A DNA stretch of 64,000 nucleotides, from the NCBI RefSeq assembly GCF_009914755.1, contig NC_060933.1; one strand, written 5' to 3'. Below, piece by piece: positions 1 through 10,925 of the stretch (its first letter is position 1; every line of letters starts with the position of its first letter). The position numbers were made by a program, and so were the translations under genes. The notes under the pieces are model-generated. The model did not search any database, was not told the DNA's origin, and worked only from the letters and a program-made list of their open reading frames with translations. The stretch comes from the human T2T-CHM13v2.0 reference genome, Homo sapiens.

Positions 1-524
1 ATATGTTACACCAGTCACTTAACTGCCGCTGTAGCAATGAATAGAATCGCTAGTGAATTATAACGTTGCTTAGGTTATAGTAATAATTGCTATGATAAAT
101 TTTAGGTAAATGTGAACTAGAAACAGATGTGTTTTTCAAAGCCTTAATACATCTATCTCCTGAGATGATGAAAGAGGGGCTTCAATCTAGGGGATAGAGA
201 TTTTTATGTGCCCAGGATAGCCTGAAAAGCAAGACTTACATACTTCCTTGTTTATTCAGAAAGTTAAACCCTATTGGAATGAGCTTTGAGAGGAATTTGT
301 TTTCCAGATGAGCCCAATATTCCTCTTTCTGAAATTAGTCTGGCAAGAAACAGAAACTGAATTTTCTTGGTTGAATCTTGCATGATACGTTCAGTGAATT
401 TTACTACTTATAAAATTTGCCTACTACTAAACATAAGAATCAAGCCTTGCTTTTTTCTTCTTCCTCTGTAGATCTTCTCTCTACTCTAGACTCTTAAAAT
501 TCTTCATTTGGTTAGTTCTTCAGC

Positions 525-830
525 TTTCAATAAATACTGGTTGAGTGCCTGTATACGCCAAGCAGTATACTAGGTGCAGCAGATACTGTGGTAGGGAAAA
601 AAACAGAAAAGGTATACCCACCCTTATGGAGCTTTCAGGCCAGGGAAGAGATAATAATCAACCAATACCCCAAATAATTTTCATCAGAGTTTATAATTAA
701 AATTGTATGAAGTAAATTAGCACAGGGTGCTGTGGGAGAGTATTAAAGAGGCTCTCTGCTGGGCGAGAGATGATGTCTCTGAGGAAGTAACATTTGAAAT
801 CTTAAGCATAAGTAGCAGTTAAATAGTCAA
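525..830 (-). mobile_element. LINE-2 3' fragment
   Basis: ttcaataaatactggttgagtgcc...ctaggtgc resembles the reverse L2 3' end. Confidence 0.6.
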
Positions 831-2489
831 AGAGAGAACAACAGTCAAATGTGTCTAAGTATTAATCAAATTTTGTCTAATTATATCTTTGGTCTAATTC
901 TGTCAAATTGTTATATGCATCAATATACAAAGATAGCCAAAAAACTTCCCTGTAGATTCTAAATAATAGCAAAGGCTTTACATTCATATTAATCAAGAGT
1001 AGCCTTTCCTCTTCCGTAAATGTGATTAGTCTCAAAAGCGTGTTCTATTGAGATCTTAGATGTTGATTTAACTGGTTGAAAGTGCATTGAGCTTGTTAAG
1101 TTTACGAAGCTGTAACAGCAATTCTGCCTGACTAATGATGGATTATTACTGTAGTAGCTTCTTTACGAAGGATTTTTGAATGGCTGATCGTTATGCAACA
1201 GAAACTAGAAAAACACACTTGAGATACGGTGCCTTCTCATACGTATTCCATCATGGCACCATGAAGGGCACTGAGAGGGGCTTTGGGTTTGGCAGATGGG
1301 GCAGAAGGCTAGGAATAAAAAAAATCCCCTTGTATTGGCCGTGCTCTGCTGGATGCTCTCTGTGTGACCTTGAGCAAATCCTGTAGCCTGTCTATCCTTC
1401 TGGGTATCTTCTTTTAGGTGTGGGTGCTCCATTTGCACGTTGGGGGAAGTAAGTAACATGTTCATAAAATTATGCAAATGTTCTTGACACTGACCAAGGG
1501 GGTAGATGCTGTTTAAGAGCAAAATGACCTAACATGTGGGCATTGAGATACATTATTGGAGAAATGCCCTGGAATGTCTTCTTCGGCAGCAGATATCATG
1601 ATGAGAGGCAAGGCAAGCCAGAGTAAGGGTGATTTCTGAAAAAACATTGCATTTTCTCCATTTAAAAAACAATGACAAAAGCTTTTTTTCTTTAAAGTAA
1701 AGCATTACCACAAGCTGCATTATCTTACCATACTATCTTGAAGTTTTCTGAGAGAACAATTATTTTCTTTAAATGGATATGTATTCATTCAGGAGAATTG
1801 GGGGCACAAAGCCCTAGATTTCAATTGAATTGTCACATGGGGTAACTTTTGACAAGCCTGTCATTTGTCCATTTTCTCTTCTGACCCAGTGGTATTCTGC
1901 AAGATCAGAGGGGAGAGAAGGATTAATGTCATTGTGCACAAACAGCTTCTTTAGGAAAGAAATTCCACTTGTTGAAGTTGACTAGGAAACATGAAACACT
2001 TAGTAGTACCTCATAATCATGCCTTGCATTTATCTTCTTTGCTATTAGTCAGATATCCTCAGCTCACATCCTGAATTTTAGTCTTTTCTCTCCTTATGCA
2101 GCTGATCACAGTATACTCAACATGCAGGTAGGGGTGTTGCAGGGAAAACTACAGCATTTCTGTAAGGGCACAAATAAAGCTGGTTTATGCCTTTTCCTCT
2201 TCTCACCCATAAAGTTTAAGTCAAACTATTTCCTGCCTTTTGTTTTTATCTAGGGGGTGTACAGCACTAGCATGGGCCACAGATACATGTTTTGATGTCA
2301 GGTTTTCATTTTGAGGGGAGAGGTATGTGTACTTGTCATGGATGATGGGGCACACCATCTACTAGGCAGCAGAATTTGAATCCAGCCATCTCACCAAGGT
2401 TTGAGAGCTCTGTAAACACCCATGGTAAGTGAAGAGCAATTGTGTGGATTTCTTATGATCCTAACATCTTATCTTTTTTGGCTTCCAAG

Positions 2490-2637
2490 CACGGGCTGTA
2501 TATTGGGAGTTGGACTTGTTCTGTCCCTCATGAGCCACAGCAGCCAAATGCAGTCCCGCGTTCACGTAGCAGCATTGCTCCGGAAGCTGTCTGCGCACGT
2601 AGATGACAGCGGGAGCCAGAGCAGAACGTTTCAGGAG
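2490..2637 (+). CDS. FOCAD: FOCAD coding exon 1 of 16 in window (TGCILGVGLVLSLMSHSSQ...SRTFQE)
   Basis: ttccaag| acceptor, gag|gtaaga donor; 148 nt (1 nt + 49 codons); in frame with the next exon. Upstream exons lie outside the window. Confidence 0.93.
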
Positions 2638-3819
2638 GTAAGAGATGGAGGCTACATTTTTTTCCCCTCTGCTCTCTTTTGTTTTCTTCTTGCCACTTAT
2701 TTTGGACTTACCATATTTTGGTAACCCTATAAATTAAATTCTTCCTCAAAGAGAAAATCTGAATGACAAACAACCAATATTAGATCATAAGGTTTTCATA
2801 TTATGTGGCAGTTTAAATCAACTTAAACCTAAATGTGGCATATAAGATAAGAGCCTTTAGTGAATACAAAACCTAACTCAGCATCACTAGAAGGCACTTT
2901 CTAAGAAGAGCTGCAATTTCTGGAAGAAGGTTAAATCGAGATTTTTAGAATTGTGCTCAAGCCAAATATAACTTTCAAAAATGCCCAGGAATAAGCTTCA
3001 GAAACTGCTGATCAAAAGGCGTTTGATTTTTTAAAATGTCAGCTAGCATAAAATATTATTGAGAAAATTCCCTTTACCACACTTAGAGAAAAGTTTTTTT
3101 TCTGTTGTGGTGCAAAAATATGCAGAATTGGAGTTCATGTGATCCAGTTCATGGGTGTTAACCATGTTTTTAGATGGAACATTTCAGGCATGTGTCATGC
3201 CTGTCTCTATTTTGCCCAGGTGAAGCTGGACCGCTTATACTCTTCTTTGAGAGGAGCAGGGTATGACCTCGTGGCCTGGCCTGATTCTCTCTCTCATTAG
3301 AACAGATTCTATTTTATCCCAGCCTGCCCACGAGCTATTGATGAGTACATAATGGCTGCTGTGTTTCCCTGCTCAGCTCCTCTGCTTTCAGCAATAGGAC
3401 TTGTTGAATTGGTGAATTTCTTTGGGCACAGAGGAATGAAGTTTTGTTCTAAGACATGCACTACATTTCCATTTTTAAAGCAGTGTAGAGTGTGATTTTA
3501 AAGTACGTATTTTTTTTAAGCCAAAAGAGTAAATCTTGCAACCTAGGAGCAAATTAATTATAAATGAAAGCAATGTTTTTATAACTGATGCATCTGTAAT
3601 GTTTTGATTTATAAGGCCTTAAGCAAGCAGTTTTTTTTTCTCCCCTCTGATGTTTTATTATTCAACTTCTGCCTTAGAAACCACTTATATTTTTCATGCC
3701 ATATCAACCAGTGCTAGAAGTTGAATTTTCTACTTTGTCTTAACAGCATTCTTATAAGGGAGGTTTTTTATCACGAAAAAAGGAGGTAGCAGAGAGGGGA
3801 TGACTAAATTTGATGTGCA

Positions 3820-3985
3820 AAAATTGAGACTCAGATAGATTGGGTGACTTGCCCAAAGTTACTACGCTAGTAAATGGTCAATTTGGGACATATTCCCAAA
3901 TCTTGGCTCCATTCCCACCATTGTTTTTTACCCATATTTTATTTATTTATTCATTCATTCATTCATTCATTCATTCATTCATCAA
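3820..3985 (-). mobile_element. MIR fragment followed by (ATTC)n
   Basis: aaattgagactcaga...gtgacttgcccaaagttac MIR core; attc repeats at about 3948-3981. Confidence 0.6.
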
Positions 3986-4239
3986 CATATTAAGTTCCCA
4001 CACTAGTGCTATGAGGCAGGTATTAGTATTCCTATTTTATACAATTTATCTGACTCCAGAATCCATATTCCTGTTCCAGTTATGCTCCACTACTTCTCCT
4101 AGGGAATCTTAATGGAGCAGTGTTTCACTTCTTTGAATTTCCTATCCTGTTTGGCCTTGGATGGGAATGCATGGCAATTAATTAGTAGCACCCACTGGTG
4201 ATGAAAATCTGTTTCCTTCTGCTGTTGATAGGTGCTGTG

Positions 4240-4450
4240 CTCTGGCATAATGTGGTGAAGAAATTTACTATTATGAGTCTAAAGACCTGGGCTTGAATCC
4301 CTCCTTTGTCACTTGCTAGCTACATGAAATTGAGCTTCAAAGTTCTTATCTATAAAGTAGGAATAATCATACCCATCATGACAGTGTTATGAAATATTAC
4401 AATATAAGTTAGGCAGAAAAACAGTGCCCAATCCATGGTAAATGTATGTG
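4240..4450 (+). mobile_element. MIR
   Basis: gacctgggcttgaatcc...cttatctataaagtaggaataat. Confidence 0.6.
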
Positions 4451-4560
4451 AATCCAATTCTTACTCTGGGGGGGAGTTTGACAGAATATCTTGTCAACTA
4501 AACCGAGTTCTTTTATTTTTCCTCCTGAAGACATATTTTTCTGCTGTATTTTCTTCTCAG

Positions 4561-4680
4561 GTCCTTGCCTACACACTTAGCTGTGTATGTACATCAGCGT
4601 TCAGTGCTGGAATTATTGAGGCTACAGAGGCTGAGGATGTTATGAACAAGCTTCGACTGTTAGTGGAGAATAGCCAGCAG
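4561..4680 (+). CDS. FOCAD: FOCAD coding exon 2/16 (VLAYTLSCVC...LVENSQQ)
   Basis: ttcttctcag| acceptor, cag|gttgga donor; 120 nt, phase 0-0. Confidence 0.93.
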
Positions 4681-5156
4681 GTTGGAACGTGTGCCCTGAT
4701 TATTTCTCTCTGTGGGTCTCATGCTGCTGCTAAGTTTTGCTTTTGACTTACTCTGAATTAGAGTATAATGGGATATTTTTCATGTCTAGAACTGAGGAAC
4801 TTCTAACTATTCTCTTTTCTCACAGCTGTAGCCAAAAGTCACAGATGTCTTTTTCTCTCCTTATCCCCTGTCTCATTCTGTAGACATTTCTTTTTCTTTG
4901 AGAGAGTATTGATATGCTTTTCTCTCTCTCTCTCTGACATTGCTCTATAGTTATAAGATCATAAAATATATGGCTAGGGAATATAAGAGTTATGTAAAGT
5001 TAGAAACAAAAATTTGTGACGATATGAATACATAGAAGTCTCTGATAAAGTCAAACTTCAGAAAATTCAAGGCAGAAAATCTCTACTCATGACCAAATAT
5101 GTATAAGAAAATTTAAGTACCTATAAACTAAATTAAGTAACCTTAAAATGTTTCCT

Positions 5157-5535
5157 GTGAAATATTATTCAACCTTAAAAAAGAAGGAAGTTCTGATATG
5201 TACTAGAACACGGATGAACCTTGAAGGCATTATGCTAAATGAAATAAACAAATAACAAAAAGCAAACACTGTGTGCTTTTACTTACATGAGCTGCGTAGA
5301 GTAGTCAAAAGCATAGAGACAGAAAGTAGAATGGTGGTTGCTCGGGCCTACAGGAAGGGAGGAATGGGGAGTTACTGTTTAGTGGGTAAAGAGTTTCAGT
5401 TTTTCAAGGGAAAGATTCTGGAGATGGATGGTGGTATTGATTGCATAGCAGTATGAGTGTACTTAATGCCGCTGAACTGGTATTCACAGTAAAGATGATA
5501 AATTTTAAGTGTACATTAATACAATTTAAAAAAAC
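5157..5535 (+). mobile_element. Old L1 (L1MB-like) 3' end
   Basis: ggatgaaccttgaaggcattatgctaaatgaaata...gagacagaaagtagaatggtggttgc; A-rich end. Confidence 0.8.
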
Positions 5536-6130
5536 TGAAAAAAAACATTTTATCTGATTACACATGCTATAGAATTTCCCCATGTGGATTTTTTAAAGGT
5601 TTCTCCACTGTCTTAATATTGATGATAATGGGTTATTGCAGAATTCATTGGTTTTAAGCTCGTAATGTTATCGTTACTGTTTTATGGTTATATACCCGCT
5701 CACTTACATTCAGAGTAAGTTGTGAAAAATTGAAATGTAGAATTTTTCATATACTTTGCTTTTTATGGGATGCTTTCTTTTTGTTTAGGAGTTGATTGAC
5801 CTTGTGTGGTCTACCTTGGTTTTTTCACCCTAACCTCTTCAAATTGTTTGAGCTAAGCTGCTCAATAGTGCAGTATTACTTTCCTGAAATAAATTACTCA
5901 CTGAAGCTGAATTCCTTGCAATTAGACCCTGCAGTTTATGATGCAAACCAGTCTAGATTAAAAAAAAACAAAAAACAAAAAAACACTTAAGTCTGATTTT
6001 TCATATGACAAATACAGCTTGTCATTAGGAAAGTTAGCACTAAAAGTGTTTATGTTGCTATTTATAAACATTCTAAATCTGTGTCTTTTTTTTTTCTTTT
6101 TCTTACCCCATTTTTATTTATTTATATCAG

Positions 6131-6253
6131 ACTTCAGGTTTTGCCCTGGCTTTAGGAAACATAGTTCATGGATTGTCTGTGTGTGGACATGGAAAAGCTG
6201 AAGACTTGGGCAGCAAACTACTCCCTGCCTGGATCAGAATTGTTCTAACAGAG
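6131..6253 (+). CDS. FOCAD: FOCAD coding exon 3/16 (TSGFALALGNIVHG...WIRIVLTE)
   Basis: tttatatcag| acceptor, gag|gtagag donor; 123 nt, phase 0-0. Confidence 0.93.
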
Positions 6254-6710
6254 GTAGAGGTCACCTGTTGTATGCTATTTCATATTTTTATAATGGAAAA
6301 AGAACTACTTTATTGGATCATTTATAGGAGTTGCTGAGATATATACGTTAATGGTAAAAGAATAGGCAATTTTAAATGAAAGAGATCACATACTTTTAAA
6401 TCCCTTATAAATAATGCATTCTGCCAACTATTATAATTTTTTTGAACTGGCTATTTTGTCTGAGTTTTAATTTTAAGACAACATTTTGTTTTTTGAAAAA
6501 TAAAAGCAAGAATCCACCCATGATCTAACAACCTTAATCTGTTACTTTATTTTAGTCTGCTGCCATTTTTGGTTCAGTTATACAGGTTACGTTGACCCTA
6601 TAAGTTTGGTACCAATTCGACCGTTTATTTCTCCGTGTCCTCAGAAGTTTTATAGAATCTAAACCCAAGGACTGATTCCCTCTTTTCATATTCTGATGCT
6701 TTGTTTTCAG

Positions 6711-6788
6711 GGCACTCCCACAATGCTTTGTCTGGCAGCTCTTCATGGCATGGTGGCCTTGGTAGGCTCTGAAGGGGATGTAATGCAG
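6711..6788 (+). CDS. FOCAD: FOCAD coding exon 4/16 (GTPTMLCLAALHGMVALVGSEGDVMQ)
   Basis: ttgttttcag| acceptor, cag|gtaaag donor; 78 nt, phase 0-0. Confidence 0.93.
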
Positions 6789-7463
6789 GTAAAGAAAGGA
6801 ACCATGGAGGGGAAGACATCTAAATATGTACATAGCCATAGCGGGAGAAGAATACCCAGTGTTTTAGTATGCTAAGAACAGAAGGATTTATGCTCATGGT
6901 AATAGTTACACCAGACTTTTTAATGCCTTGCTGTATGAATAATTGCACTTAACCAAGGATTATTTCTATAGAGGTTTGTTCTTTATTTAATTTGGTTTTT
7001 AGAGATTAAACCTGGCCAACTTAGGTGCTCTCCACAAATTTCCCTGCCTGAGAAAAGATGATTGAAGGATAAGAAATTTCAAAAGTTATTTGCAAGAAAC
7101 TCCATTTTGCATCTTAATGTCTGATATATGTCTATGTGGTTGTTCTTTAACTTCAAAATATTTTCACAGTGGACATATATATGTGTAAGTTTATAAGTAA
7201 TTCTAAAGGAGCTCTGTTTTTATGCATTAAAAGTTGATTGAGTGATTGCTTACATGCCACAGTGAACAGGTACCAGGAAATCAATGATAGATAAAGCATG
7301 GGGCCCTGCCTTTGAGGAGTTCATAGCTTATGTATTTGAAATAGAAGGACATAATGATAAACTGTTTTATAACTTAGAAGATGGATAGCTCATGCACCGG
7401 GAATATAACTCTTAACTTTTTTATGGGGGTGGGTGGGATGGGTATTTCTTCTTATTCTTTCAG

Positions 7464-7535
7464 CTGAAATCAGAAGCCATCCAGACCTCTCATTTTCAAG
7501 GCAGACTTAATGAAGTCATTAGAACCTTAACTCAG
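7464..7535 (+). CDS. FOCAD: FOCAD coding exon 5/16 (LKSEAIQTSHFQGRLNEVIRTLTQ)
   Basis: ttctttcag| acceptor, cag|gtgaga donor; 72 nt, phase 0-0. Confidence 0.93.
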
Positions 7536-8855
7536 GTGAGAAAATGAATTTAAAATCCTTGGGTGGAAAACATATCCCCCTTTGTTGTCTTTTTTTCTAT
7601 TACATGATACAACATGTTTTACCTGGAAAATGGGAAAGTCTCTGGTTATTCCCGCTGAGTTCAAGAGGCATTTGGGAGTGATGTGTGGACCTGTGTTAAC
7701 TGACAAACATGCACTACCTTTGGGAAAAAAAGAAAGCTGGCATTTTTTTTAGTAAACTTAAGTTGGCATTGGTTTTTCTTAAAAATTAAAGCCTGATTCT
7801 GCAAGGAATGTCAGGCCCTAAAGATAAGGAAAAATAGAAGGTGATCAAAGGGCATGGCAGATCTTGGTAGAAAGGTCAAGAGGCACTAATTCAGATGTCC
7901 CTGATAAAAGTGTTTGGGCATATCATTTTAATTGTTATCCTTGACTAAAGAATAGACATATTAATCTCCTAAGAAATGTTTTTTTGTTTTAAGATTTAAA
8001 AAAAAAAGATTATGTTTGTTGCATAAAATTTGAAAGCACGTAATGAAAGAAGCTGAAAAAAATATCACTGATGGTCCTTCAAACCTGAAGCAACTGTTAT
8101 TGATATTTCATCATACTTCTTTTCAAGTATTCTTTTGTTTGCATAGTTGGTATTCTTAGTGTATATAGAACTTTATATTTTATTCTTTTCATTTAGCATA
8201 CTTGTTTTCGTTCTTGTAAAATGTGGCTGATGATAATACCTATCACATAAAGGAGTTTTAGTAATTCAGACTTTTAAAAGCAAACAAAAATCTCTGAACA
8301 GACAAAACTCTTTTTTGCATGTATGAATAGAAATATTCTCAAAAAATAATTCTACTGAAATTTAAGTTACCATAATGTGGGAGAAAAAATCTGTAAATGA
8401 AAATTATTATTTTAAAAATCCTTATGAATGATAAAGCAGCAGTAGAGCATAATTTACAGAAGAGAACAAAATGTATCTCCTTCCATTTTTAGAGGTATTT
8501 TCATCTTAAGTAACTGTCACCCCTTTTGTACTTTCTGGATTTTGTTCTTTTGCAATTTTTTTGAAAATTTATTTGAGACCAGTCTCACTCAGTGAAACCT
8601 GAGAAAACCACTAGTACTTTCTGCCATGATTAAATGATTGATTGAATCATTCATTCATTCAGCAGACAGTTGTTGAGTATCTATATGACACAGGTATAGC
8701 GTACTAGACACATGATATTACATCTTGTCATAGGACTGCTCGTTGCCAGCCAAGCCACCACCTCCTAAATGACTGGTGACTTTCTGTGAGTGACCTTTTA
8801 TTGAATGGAACTTGGATCTTATCCCATCATTGAACTGTTACCTTTTTATTTGTAG

Positions 8856-8958
8856 GTCATTAGTGTCTCTGGGGTGATTGGTCTCCAGTCAAATGCAGTC
8901 TGGCTTCTTGGACATCTTCATCTATCTACTCTATCCTCAAGTCAAAGTAGAGCCTCTG
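8856..8958 (+). CDS. FOCAD: FOCAD coding exon 6/16 (VISVSGVIGLQSNAVWLLGHLHLSTLSSSQSRAS)
   Basis: tttgtag| acceptor, ctg|gtaaga donor; 103 nt, phase 0-1. Confidence 0.93.
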
Positions 8959-9029
8959 GTAAGATTAAAGTCATAAAATACTGGAGCTGGAAGGGAGGGA
9001 TTGCCGACCCAGCGCTCTGTAGTTTGTTA

Positions 9030-9350
9030 AGAGCATTAATCTTCACAACAACCCTAAGTAATGGGTATTACCATCTCTGTTTTACGTCAGAGGGAAATGG
9101 TGTATGGAAAGGCTTCCTGACTTACCCAGGGTCATGTGACAGTAAGTGATGGACATGTGGTTTGAACTCAGATCTTTTGGCCTCCAAAGCTCATACTCTT
9201 TTTACTCCTTCTCTCTGCCTCCCTTAGAGAACAGTTTAGACATTCAGTGTCCTGTATTTCACAAACGAAGAACTCATGGCTCGGAAAGATTACATGAGTT
9301 ACATACAGAGTTAATTTGGTGACAAATCTAGAAACTAGGAACCAGGTCCT
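9030..9350 (-). mobile_element. MIR fragments
   Basis: aatcttcacaacaaccct...gacttacccagggtca. Confidence 0.55.
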
Positions 9351-10844
9351 TAAAGCTTGGAACAGATTTATTTTACTAGATGTAATGGTAGTTTGTATAG
9401 TATTCATGTTTCATTAAAAGTCTCTTCATATATGGCTGGAGTTTTTCTGGCCTCCGATTTTGAAAAAATAATGGGGTAGTACATTTAAAGGTGTGTACCT
9501 TCTTAGCATTGGAATTGAAATTCTAGGCCTTAATATGACAAGGCCTTTTCTATTTCTAGCTTTTTGGTAAAAGCAGTAAAAGATATTTGCAGTCCCGACA
9601 TGCTTAATGTGCATTTGTACTTGGAGATTTTCTGGGGAAGGCATGACCGTTAATACATCTGCTCCTTGCTCTTTATAGAATTTTGACCCACTGGCTATCT
9701 TGGACCCAGGCCAGAGAGGTTCAGGTACCAATGATTCCTTATTAAAACTTAGTTTTACTTACCCACTGACAAGTAGTCTACAGATGGCATTAACGTAAAT
9801 GTGGGCCTCTGAAATTACCATTTTCCTTTCTTTCAGTCATTCTGTAGCTATGGAAATAGGACAACTGGTCCACAGCCTTGGCAATGTAGTGAACTTTAGA
9901 CAGCTAAAGTTACCATATTAAAATGGAAAAAAGAAGAAAACTTAGTCATACCGGAAGCCCTGGGTAATACTAGTTTTGAAGGGCAGGGATCTCACAGTGT
10001 CCTGGTAAGATAGGATATTTATGGCAGGCTTTTATTTTTTTATGTAGGCTTTTAATTGCCATATTATGGGGTACTTGGTCTGGCCTACATATACTCAAAT
10101 CAGGTACTAGTGAATCATCTTATACCCAGGTTCTTCTGAACAAAATGATTGTGTATCTGGAAAAGTACAGCTACTTGTTCCTGATGGAATTTTCCAATTG
10201 AGTCATTTATTGCAGTAAAAACCATCTCATGAAACAATTATGGGAAACTGGAAGGAAAAGAATTTAGGAGAAACTCAGGATTCAACTAGCATAAATGTCA
10301 CTGCTTCACCATTCCAGCTCAGCAACCACATCTGGTTATTTGCACATGTTGGTCACTTACAGGTCTCTGCCTTAGGTAAGGGATTGGTGCTGTTAGTACT
10401 AGTTGTTGAATTTCTATGGTTCATATATTCGATTCCACATGTCCTGAAGTGGCACCTACTACAGTGGTCTCAGCGTTGAAGCTCGGCAGACTCGTTGCTG
10501 AACGCTGAGGAGGTCACTGGATTAGGGCTTATTGATGTGACAATGTGGAAAGGGTTTTTTTTTTTAAACCACTTCACTCAAGTGTTCATCCTCCGTAATT
10601 TTTTTTCCAGACTTTTCTAACTTTGCCACCATTTTAGATTTGCTTACATAGCTTAAGTGATTACTTCAAGGCCAGTCACTTAATCTAATAGAATTAGTTG
10701 CAGCCACAAAGTGTTGTGCTGAGATTAATGGCATAAACATCTCCACTTTGTCTCTAGGTTGATATGGCAGCATGAGATCATTATCTTTCCTTCATTAGTC
10801 CTGCCAAGTTCACTGGTTAATTTGATCATTTTCTGTCTCCACAG

Positions 10845-10925
10845 TTCCTACTGACTATAGCTACTTGCCTGAAAGCAGTTTTATTGGAGCAGCTATTGGC
10901 TTCTTCATTACAGGAGGAAAAAAAG
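10845..10925 (+). CDS. FOCAD: FOCAD coding exon 7/16 (VPTDYSYLPESSFIGAAIGFFITGGKK-G), GC donor
   Basis: tctccacag| acceptor; 81 nt, phase 1-1; donor aag|GCaagt is required for frame continuity with the exon at 34294. Confidence 0.9.
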
